NCBI RefSeq assembly: GCF_000025945.1
Contig: NC_006138.1
Span: forward strand, 2,910,001-2,942,000
Direction: 5' to 3'
DNA from: Desulfotalea psychrophila LSv54
GTDB taxonomy: Bacteria > Desulfobacterota > Desulfobulbia > Desulfobulbales > Desulfocapsaceae
DNA length: 32,000 bases
Both the position numbers and the translations under genes were made by a program. Below are positions 24,996 through 32,000 of this stretch, one piece after another. Position 1 is the first letter of the stretch; the number at the start of each line of letters is the position of its first letter. The notes beneath the pieces were generated by a model. It saw only the letters and a list, made by a program, of their open reading frames with translations. It did not search any database and was not told the origin of the DNA.

Positions 24996-25853
24996 TTAAT
25001 TTTTCTCCTGCAACTGATACTTATCTGCCAGTTGCAGATAATGTAGACCAATCTCCTCCTGGCCATGACGAACAGCGCCCTCCCCAAAAATATGGGCCTT
25101 ACGCACCAACTCCCTGCGAGCAAGGAGCTCTTGAGCAGGGTTGAGCCGGGCGGAGAGAAGAAGACGCTCCAGAGCATCAATACGCAGACGATCCATACCA
25201 ACCCGGTACTGATAGGAGACCTGATCATCCCGACCGCCCTCTTTTATGGTAAGGCGCTCATCTACCAGGAGAAAGGGATAGCGACAGCTGACCCGAAGCC
25301 AAAAGTCATAATCCTCACAGCAGCGCATTCCCTCATCAAAGAGCCCCACCTCACTAAAAATTGACCTGTGGAGCATTACCGTTGACATCCCCACAGCGCA
25401 GAGCTGCAGACAGTGGGCGAAGATATCGCCATGCCCGGGAATATGTTTCTTCTTTTGATTAAGATGTTCCCCTCGCCGCAACCATTTTTCATAGGTGTGA
25501 CTTATACGCATTTCTGGTTGAGCGCACAGGGCCCCATACTGTTTTTCTATCTTTTTTTTATGCCAGTGATCATCGGAGTCCAGATAGGCGATATAATCAG
25601 AGGAGGCATGCTGAAGGCCATTATTCCTGGCGGCAGCAGGACCCTGGTTTTTTTGATAAATATAGCGAATCGGCACCCCCTGCTCTGCTTTTTTTTGCCG
25701 AATAAGGGCCTCAGACCCATCGGTGGAGCCATCATCGACAATGACAATCTCCGCGACCCTAAGGGACTGACGTAGCACAGAATCAATGGCACGGACAAGA
25801 TATTGATCTCTATTATAAGTTGGGATAACAACTGAAATTGGGGCAAAATTCAT
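24996..25853 (-). CDS. Family 2 glycosyltransferase
   Basis: VVIPTYNR, IVDDGSTDGS and YLDSDD motifs of GT-A / GT2 enzymes. Confidence 0.85.
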   Translation of the reverse strand: MNFAPISVVIPTYNRDQYLVRAIDSVLRQSLRVAEIVIVDDGSTDGSEALIRQKKAEQGVPIRYIYQKNQGPAAARNNGLQHASSDYIAYLDSDDHWHKKKIEKQYGALCAQPEMRISHTYEKWLRRGEHLNQKKKHIPGHGDIFAHCLQLCAVGMSTVMLHRSIFSEVGLFDEGMRCCEDYDFWLRVSCRYPFLLVDERLTIKEGGRDDQVSYQYRVGMDRLRIDALERLLLSARLNPAQELLARRELVRKAHIFGEGAVRHGQEEIGLHYLQLADKYQLQEKN

Positions 25854-26154
25854 AAATTGGCTATTTGTTTTTAAAATAATGATTTTCTATAGCTTTTCGG
25901 GACTCATCTAATTATACTGCTGTTTGAGTTAGCACAGCTCTTTGCTCCGACAAAAGATAGACATTATACTTCAAGGATGCAAGAGTAACCTAGTCTAAAG
26001 GAGACGTGAAAAGCTTATCGTCCACAGCAACCACGTCGTAAAACATTCGCCGCCCCTTTTCCCTAGATAACCAAAAACATGAAAAATAAGCATGATGCCT
26101 TATCCGCAGCAGAGGCTTCATAAAGAATATAGTAATTCAATAGTTTGGATTGGC

Positions 26155-27648
26155 ATGTCTACAGATATATTAATTAATTCGAGAAGCTACGAGGTGCGTC
26201 TTGCTCTTGTAGAAAACGGAAATCTCAGTGAATTCCATATGCAGCGCCCTACAGAAAAGGGTCTGATGGGAAATATTTACAAGGGAAAGGTCGTACGTGT
26301 GCTCCCTGGTATGCAGGCCGCCTTCGTTGACATTGGCCTGGAGAGAACCGGTTTTCTCTATGTAGACGACGTATCATTTCTACCTGAGAACCTCGAAGTA
26401 GGTTGTCCGGCCCGCAACGCCAGCACCAACCCGCGTACCCAGGGCATTCGCATAGAAGACCTCCTCTCTGAAGGGCAAAACATTATTGTTCAGGTTACCA
26501 AGGATCCAATAGGTACCAAAGGGGCCCGCCTAACCTGCCACATAACTCTGCCCTGTCGTAATCTTGTCTTCATTCCCCAAACAGACCATATTGGTGTCTC
26601 CAGAAAAATTGATGACGAGACATTACGGGAAGAGCTCAAGAAACAGATAGAAGAGATCAGACCCGAAGGTGTCGGCTTTATTGTCAGAACAGTTGCCGAA
26701 CATGCGACCCGAGAAGAGCTTGAGGCAGATATGGAGTTTCTCCTCATCCTCTGGGACGAAATTATTGTAAAAATCAGTCATGCCAAGTCGCCAGAACTCA
26801 TCCACGAAGATCTCGACATAACACTTCGTTCTGTCAGGGACTTCTTCACCATTGACGTTGATAGACTGATCATTGACGACGAAAAAGACTATAAAAAGCT
26901 CCTGGGATTTGTCAAAACATTTGCCCCCCAGCTCCACAATAAAATCTCCCTCTACACGGATCCTATACCTCTGTTTGACGCCTATAATATTGAGGTTGAA
27001 ATAGCAAAGGCAATAGAGAAAAAAGTTTGGCTCAGATCCGGTGGCTATATCATCATTGAGAGCACCGAAGCCCTTTCTGTCATAGATGTCAACACAGGTC
27101 GTTTTGTCGGCAAAAACAACCTGAACGACACCATTTTTAAGACAAATATCGAAGCGGCAAAAGAAATTGCCGACCAATTACGCCTACGCAACATTGGTGG
27201 TATTATCATTATTGACTTTATTGATATGGAATCAGCGGAGCACCGTGAACAGCTCTATGAGACCTTCCAAGAGGCAGTAAAAAAAGACAAGAGCCGAATC
27301 AATATCCTCAAACTTTCAGAGTTTGGCCTCGTGCAGATGACTCGTAAGAGAAGCAGTGAGAATCTCTATCAGCTCATGTGTGAATCCTGCCATTACTGCT
27401 CAGGAGAGGGAATGATCAAGTCCCGGCGCACAATCTGTTATGACATTTTTCGTAAGCTCAGTCGTCACACCAACAAAAATCACGGCACCACCGTGACCCT
27501 TCGGGTTCATCCACGCATTGCCGATATACTTGAAAACGAAGAAGAGCTAACCTTGGGTACGGTGGAAAAAGATATTGGCCGCAGAATTATCGTTGCCTCC
27601 TCCAAGGATCTTCATATAGAGAAATATGAAATTATCTGGCAACAGTAG
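26155..27648 (+). CDS. rng: Ribonuclease G (RNase E/G family)
   Basis: S1 domain GNIYKGKVVRVLPGMQAAFVDIGLERTGFLYV. DNase-I-like/catalytic region with VIDVNTGRFVG and IIIIDFIDM. About 500 aa with no long C-terminal scaffold, so RNase G rather than RNase E. Start chosen at MSTDILIN. Confidence 0.85.
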   Translation: MSTDILINSRSYEVRLALVENGNLSEFHMQRPTEKGLMGNIYKGKVVRVLPGMQAAFVDIGLERTGFLYVDDVSFLPENLEVGCPARNASTNPRTQGIRIEDLLSEGQNIIVQVTKDPIGTKGARLTCHITLPCRNLVFIPQTDHIGVSRKIDDETLREELKKQIEEIRPEGVGFIVRTVAEHATREELEADMEFLLILWDEIIVKISHAKSPELIHEDLDITLRSVRDFFTIDVDRLIIDDEKDYKKLLGFVKTFAPQLHNKISLYTDPIPLFDAYNIEVEIAKAIEKKVWLRSGGYIIIESTEALSVIDVNTGRFVGKNNLNDTIFKTNIEAAKEIADQLRLRNIGGIIIIDFIDMESAEHREQLYETFQEAVKKDKSRINILKLSEFGLVQMTRKRSSENLYQLMCESCHYCSGEGMIKSRRTICYDIFRKLSRHTNKNHGTTVTLRVHPRIADILENEEELTLGTVEKDIGRRIIVASSKDLHIEKYEIIWQQ

Positions 27649-27758
27649 AGCGGCAAAATTGCAATTATAAAATAATTTTACTCTAAGGCAGAAATCTTAA
27701 CAGAGGAAATGCTTTAAGATTCCCTAATCATTACCCCATCACCTAAATAGGCTCGTCC

Positions 27759-29138
27759 ATGGTAAGAAGACGTAATCGTAGAACCCTCTCCCTCGCTAAG
27801 GTTTTTTTAATCTTCCTCTTTTTCATTCTTATTGGCGGAGGCTTTGCCGCATACTTCCTCTTTTTTGAGCAGCAAGCACCCAAAATCACCCTGAACAGCA
27901 ACCTCCAGTACCTTGGCAAAAAAGGCGAAATAAGCTTCACTGTCACCGACGAGGACAGTGGTCTTCGCTCACTTCTGGTTGTCGCTGAGCAGAATGGAAT
28001 TAATCGCGATCTCTATAGCAAGGTATTCCCCAGAACAAACTATATAGGAGAAATTGGCCCGAAGAAAGAGAGCCAGCAGGTGTTTTTTGATCCGATAAAA
28101 TCCGGCTTCAAAGATGGAGAGATCACCATCTCTATTGAGGCTCAGGATTTTTCTGCCCGTAATTTCCTAGCTGGAAATAAGACAACGATAAGCAAAAAGG
28201 TTGTTCTCGATACCAAGGCTCCCAAGATTCGACCAATCTACACCGAGGGATATATCTGGTCCGGTGGATCCGGTATCGTCATCTACCGGGTTGATGATGC
28301 AAAAAGCCTCAGCGGGGTTACCGTCAACGGTAAATTCAATCAGGGATTCCCTCTCCAGGATGGCCGTAAGGATGTTTTCATCTCCTATTTCGCCCTCCCA
28401 TATAATACTGAAAGCATCTCTGAAATTTTCATCAGTGCAACGGATCAGGCCGGAAATTATAGCAAGATGGTTTTTTCCACCACCTTCAAGGCAAGTCCGA
28501 AGGTAAAGGATCGAATCAACATCAACGATCGATTCCTTGCAAAAAAAATCCCGGAATTTGAAGAAAACTCCTCCTATAAGATGGAGGGTGACAGGGTAAC
28601 AAAATACGTCTTCATCAACAACCAGATGCGTCACGACAACAATGCTGCCATTGCCAAGATATGTGAAACATCTGAGCCAAATCGCCTCTGGCAGGGCAGA
28701 TTTGGCAGAATGGCCGGATCATCCCCTGCGGGTTTTGCTGAACGCCGAAGTTATTACTACAAGAACAGACTGATAGACAAACAGGTACACCTGGGGATGG
28801 ATCTGGCCTCAACCAGAAGGGCCCACGTCAAGGCGTCTAATACAGGCAAGGTTGTCCATGCTGACTACCTGGGAATCTATGGAAATATGATCATGCTTGA
28901 TCATGGCCAGGGAATTTTCAGTCTCTACTCCCATCTCAGCCAAATTAACGTCGCCGTCGGAGAAGACGTCACCAAGGGGGCTACCATCGGCCTTACAGGG
29001 GCAACAGGCATGGCCGGCGGAGACCATCTCCACTTTTCCATACTGGTACATGGTACCTTTGTCAATCCACGTGAATGGTGGGATAGAAAATGGATTAAGG
29101 TGAACATCGACGACCCGATCCTTGACTCAAGAATGTAA
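27759..29138 (+). CDS. Membrane-anchored M23-family metallopeptidase (catalytic residues intact)
   Basis: N-terminal signal anchor. C-terminal LytM motifs HLGMDLAS, GNMIMLDHGQGIFSLYSHLS and GATGMAGGDHLHFSILV. Confidence 0.85.
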   Translation: MVRRRNRRTLSLAKVFLIFLFFILIGGGFAAYFLFFEQQAPKITLNSNLQYLGKKGEISFTVTDEDSGLRSLLVVAEQNGINRDLYSKVFPRTNYIGEIGPKKESQQVFFDPIKSGFKDGEITISIEAQDFSARNFLAGNKTTISKKVVLDTKAPKIRPIYTEGYIWSGGSGIVIYRVDDAKSLSGVTVNGKFNQGFPLQDGRKDVFISYFALPYNTESISEIFISATDQAGNYSKMVFSTTFKASPKVKDRININDRFLAKKIPEFEENSSYKMEGDRVTKYVFINNQMRHDNNAAIAKICETSEPNRLWQGRFGRMAGSSPAGFAERRSYYYKNRLIDKQVHLGMDLASTRRAHVKASNTGKVVHADYLGIYGNMIMLDHGQGIFSLYSHLSQINVAVGEDVTKGATIGLTGATGMAGGDHLHFSILVHGTFVNPREWWDRKWIKVNIDDPILDSRM

Positions 29139-29152
29139 GGTCGCCCCACCCT

Positions 29153-29192
29153 TTTCACCAGCTTTTTCATAAACATGAAAAAGCTGGTGAAA
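29153..29192. terminator. Perfect 18-bp-stem hairpin between convergent genes (probable bidirectional terminator; no clear U-tract)
   Basis: TTTCACCAGCTTTTTCAT (29153-29170), loop aaac, ATGAAAAAGCTGGTGAAA (29175-29192). It lies between the M23 peptidase stop (29138) and the zinc-ribbon ORF stop (29199). Confidence 0.5.
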
Positions 29193-29198
29193 CAGATA

Positions 29199-29366
29199 TT
29201 AATCTTCTATCTCATAGTCAGGATGACCACAGATAGAACAGCGAAGGGTTTGATCTGCGTTATCAAAGATATACTCCCACTTCTTCTCTCGTATCATGTC
29301 TTCTTTCTCGATACCACAGGTGATACAAACCCATTTATCACCCTCTTCTGTTTCAAATAAGTGCAT
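29199..29366 (-). CDS. Small zinc-ribbon protein, 55 aa (below the ORF-track cut-off)
   Basis: My own translation: MHLFETEEGDKWVCITCGIEKEDMIREKKWEYIFDNADQTLRCSICGHPDYEIED. Two CxxC pairs. Strong RBS AGGGAGAAAAA directly upstream of the ATG at 29366. Stop TAA at 29199-29201. Confidence 0.6.
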   Translation of the reverse strand: MHLFETEEGDKWVCITCGIEKEDMIREKKWEYIFDNADQTLRCSICGHPDYEIED

Positions 29367-29484
29367 TTTTTCTCCCTATCTGGTATTTGCTTAAATAGAT
29401 TTTTATAGAACCTAAAAAAGTTTATTATAAAGAAAAAGATTTCTTTATTTACAGCTAGTCACTTCTTACTACATAATATAAAAA

Positions 29485-30688
29485 ATGAAAATAACTTCAA
29501 GAATACCCTTCCTGCTCTACGGCTATCTGGCAACTGAAATGCTTGCACCTTTTTTTGCAACCTTTCTGGTTATGAACGCTGTCTTTTTTCTTGTTAAGTT
29601 AATCCCCTTCTTAAACTTCGTTATCCAGCTCCATGTCGGATTTACAGATTTTGTCCGCCTACTCTCCTACCTCTTTTCCAAATATTTTTCTCTACACCCT
29701 GCCCATGGCCTCAATGCTTGGCATAACCATATGCTTCTCAAGACTGTCCACTGATATGGAGCTTCTGGCCCTAAAGGCAGGTGGGATATCTATATATAAA
29801 ATTCTACCACCCGTTTTTCTTGTTGCCTCAGCCATTACCCTCATTGCCTTTTACTTTTCTACCCAGCTCATCCCTGCAAGCGAGCTAGCAATGAAAAAGC
29901 TCAGTTACCAGATACTCAAAGAAAAAATCGACCAAGGCATTCAGGCCCATAAATTCACCGATGCCATGGGAGACATTGTTATCTATGTCGACAAAGTCGA
30001 CAAGGAGACGGGCGATTGGCACAATGTCTGGGTTTCTGACATGCGTGGGGTGAAACAACCCACCATAACCATGGCACGCAGCGGCAGCATGAAGAGCAAC
30101 AGCAAACAAATGAGTATTACCATCAAACTAACAGATGGCAGTCTGCACCGCCCCGAAGAGCAGGGGACTGAAATCATCACCTTCAAAGATTACACCATCA
30201 ATATGCCGCTCGAAACCGGTGGAAAAAACATTTTTATGCTGCATAAGAGATTACTGTCCATGCCTGAGTTACTGGAACAGGCAAAAAGATGGGGCAATGA
30301 ATCGAAAAAGCGAGGTAGAATCTATCTTATTGAATTTCACAAGCGCCTCATCCTCCCCATCGGTTGTCTGATGCTCAGCTTCCTGGCCCTGCCTCTAGGC
30401 CTACAGGCACGACCAGGAAAAAAGGCAATCGGCATCCCGGTAGGACTCGGAATATTTATTGTTTACTATATCCTGCATACGGTTGGCAAAGAGCTTGCTG
30501 AGGCAGGAACTGTACCCCTTATTCCTGCCCTATGGCTTCCCAATGTACTCTTTTTTCTCCTCGCTATCTTTTGGATTTATCGAGCCACAAATGAGAAGGG
30601 ACTTTTTCCTACCAGGTGCTCTCTTTTTCTGACAAGACTCTTTTCCAGACTGAAGAGAAAAATAACCCGTCTCAAAAAAAATACCTAA
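29485..30688 (+). CDS. LptF/LptG-family LPS export permease, interrupted by a +1 frameshift at a T-run (29674-29677)
   Basis: Frame 1 (29485-) gives an LptF/G-like N-terminus: FLLYGYLATEMLAPFFATFLVMNAVFFLVKLIPFL...FVRLLSYLF. Frame 2 continues PNIFLYTLPMASMLGITICFSRLSTDMELLALKAGGIS... with a periplasmic domain and C-terminal TM helices. Skipping one T restores RLLSYLFPNIFLYTLPMA. Confidence 0.8.
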
Positions 30689-30697
30689 GAGGCAAAG

Positions 30698-32000
30698 ATG
30701 AAACTGTTTACCACCGAGCAGATGCGAAAGATCGACCATCAGGCCATCAACGATTACGGTATTCCCGGAGCAGTTTTAATGGAAAATGCGGGACGGGAGA
30801 CAGTAGGTCTAATGCAACAAGCCCTGGGAACCTGCGCTAACAGCTTTATCCCAATCTTCATCGGCCCCGGCAACAACGGCGGTGATGGTTTTGTTGTTGG
30901 CCGCCACCTCTATCAGCTAGGGGGAAGACCAATTTTCTTCCTCCTCTCCGACCCAGAAAAATACACGCCGGACAGTAAACTCAACTTTCATATAGCTGAA
31001 AAGACAGGCCTGCCCACCTACCCCCTCAAGAGCGACTCAGACTTCCGGCAACTGACTACCATCTGCCAGCAGGAACTTGGAGCAGGCAGAAGATGCTATG
31101 CCCTCGTTGATGCCCTCTTCGGCATTGGCCTCGATCGGGAGATAGGTGACCACTACGCCCGTATCATTAACCTGATTAACGCCCAACAGAGGGACCGGGC
31201 CCTGCCCCAGGCACCTGTTATCTCCTGTGACATGCCCTCGGGCATCCACACCGAGACAGGCGCTATCATGGGCGTGGCCATAGGGGCAGACCACACGGCA
31301 AGCTACAGTTTCGCTAAACCTGGTCAGATGCAGGGGGCAGGTGCATCTCTTGTTGGTGACCTGCATATCCTGGACATTGGTGCTCCCCGGCAAATAGCGG
31401 CGAAGATAGCCAACACATTTGCTACGACCGGCAGAGAGGATGCCTGTAAAACCCTGAAAACGATCCGGAGAGGCCCTCTTTCCCATAAAGGCAGTCACGG
31501 CCACCTCCTGATCGTTGCCGGCTCTCTTGGCATGACTGGGGCCGCCATACTCGCTTCCGAGGCCAGTTTAGCCATGGGTACGGGACTAACAAGCCTTGTC
31601 ACCACCAAAAGTCTCAATCCTATTTTTGAAATGCGCCTGGCCGAGGTGATTACCATCCCCCTCTCCGGCGAAGATAATTTTTTTACTGTCTCTCATTTTG
31701 AAAGAATATGTCAGGCTGCCATGGGCAAGAAGATAACGATTATTGGCCCGGGTATGGGAAATAACAGGACAAGTTTTGATCTGGTAAAAAAACTGTATCA
31801 AAACCTGAAGCTACCAATGCTCATCGATGCCGATGGCCTCAATGCCCTAGCCACTGAAAGAGGCCTCTTAACAAAAGCTGCCGGACCACGCATCTTCACC
31901 CCCCATCCTGGAGAAATGGCCCGGCTCCTCGACATCTCCACTGAAGAAGTAGAAGCAGACAGAGCAGCCGCGGTAGAAAAATTTATGCATATTTTCAGCG
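30698..32000 (+). CDS. nnr: Bifunctional NAD(P)H-hydrate repair enzyme Nnr (YjeF epimerase plus ADP-dependent dehydratase), 3' end outside window
   Basis: Open frame with no stop to the window edge, so absent from the ORF track. N-domain MENAGRE...GPGNNGGDGFVVGRHL; C-domain HKGSHGHLLIVAGS.GMTGAAILA...IGPGMG...DADGLN. RBS AAGAGG upstream of the ATG at 30698. Confidence 0.85.
   Translation, partial: MKLFTTEQMRKIDHQAINDYGIPGAVLMENAGRETVGLMQQALGTCANSFIPIFIGPGNNGGDGFVVGRHLYQLGGRPIFFLLSDPEKYTPDSKLNFHIAEKTGLPTYPLKSDSDFRQLTTICQQELGAGRRCYALVDALFGIGLDREIGDHYARIINLINAQQRDRALPQAPVISCDMPSGIHTETGAIMGVAIGADHTASYSFAKPGQMQGAGASLVGDLHILDIGAPRQIAAKIANTFATTGREDACKTLKTIRRGPLSHKGSHGHLLIVAGSLGMTGAAILASEASLAMGTGLTSLVTTKSLNPIFEMRLAEVITIPLSGEDNFFTVSHFERICQAAMGKKITIIGPGMGNNRTSFDLVKKLYQNLKLPMLIDADGLNALATERGLLTKAAGPRIFTPHPGEMARLLDISTEEVEADRAAAVEKFMHIFS

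Noticed and set aside
26623-27177. 184-aa minus-strand ORF inside rng
   Set aside because: It is antisense to a strongly supported RNase G gene, so it is a shadow ORF.
29175-29360. 61-aa + strand ORF starting in the hairpin arm (MKKLVKQ...)
   Set aside because: Its start codon is created by the inverted repeat; the mirror ORF on the other strand starts MFMKKLVK. The opposite strand carries the much better supported zinc-ribbon ORF with a strong RBS.
31037-31504. 155-aa minus-strand ORF
   Set aside because: It is antisense to the uninterrupted nnr (yjeF) frame, which carries clear family motifs. It is a shadow ORF in GC-richer coding DNA.

Overview
This is a chromosomal window from a diderm bacterium, shown by LptF/G, FtsEX-EnvC and RNase G. 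Housekeeping blocks flank one accessory region.

**Left core (1-3847, + strand):** ftsE (5' partial), ftsX, an EnvC-like activator and a CtpA-type S41 protease.

**Accessory island (about 3850-13680):**
- A compact, translationally coupled four-gene SMC operon on the minus strand. Its order is kleisin-like, MukE-like, SMC ATPase, Toprim protein. This is the Wadjet JetABCD / MksFEB+G architecture, but every component is shorter than the canonical versions I remember.
- A divergently oriented, very AT-rich orphan gene of about 475-495 aa with no recognisable domain.
- A junkyard with two diverged IS30-like 5' remnants. They bracket a GC-rich, stem-loop-dense non-coding segment of about 350 nt, a 42-bp tandem repeat array with a palindromic core, and a small acidic ORF.

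**Right of the island (minus strand):**
- A membrane-anchored PP2C phosphatase, a Hanks kinase with PEGA domains, a nonsense-mutated and truncated FGE-sulfatase pseudogene, and a triple-FHA protein.
- A gene-poor, decayed stretch of about 1.7 kb that includes a small membrane-protein pseudogene with four in-frame stops.

**Remaining genes:**
- A class II CPD photolyase, divergent from a DUF523/DUF1722 gene and an SDR/DUF2867 gene.
- ssb, a GT2 glycosyltransferase and RNase G.
- A catalytically intact M23 peptidase.
- An untracked 55-aa zinc-ribbon ORF.
- An LptF/G permease interrupted by a +1 frameshift in a T-run.
- The 5' part of nnr (yjeF), which runs off the window.

I could not support any rRNA, tRNA or CRISPR array. 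All calls rest on reading motifs in the supplied translations and DNA. No database search was run.
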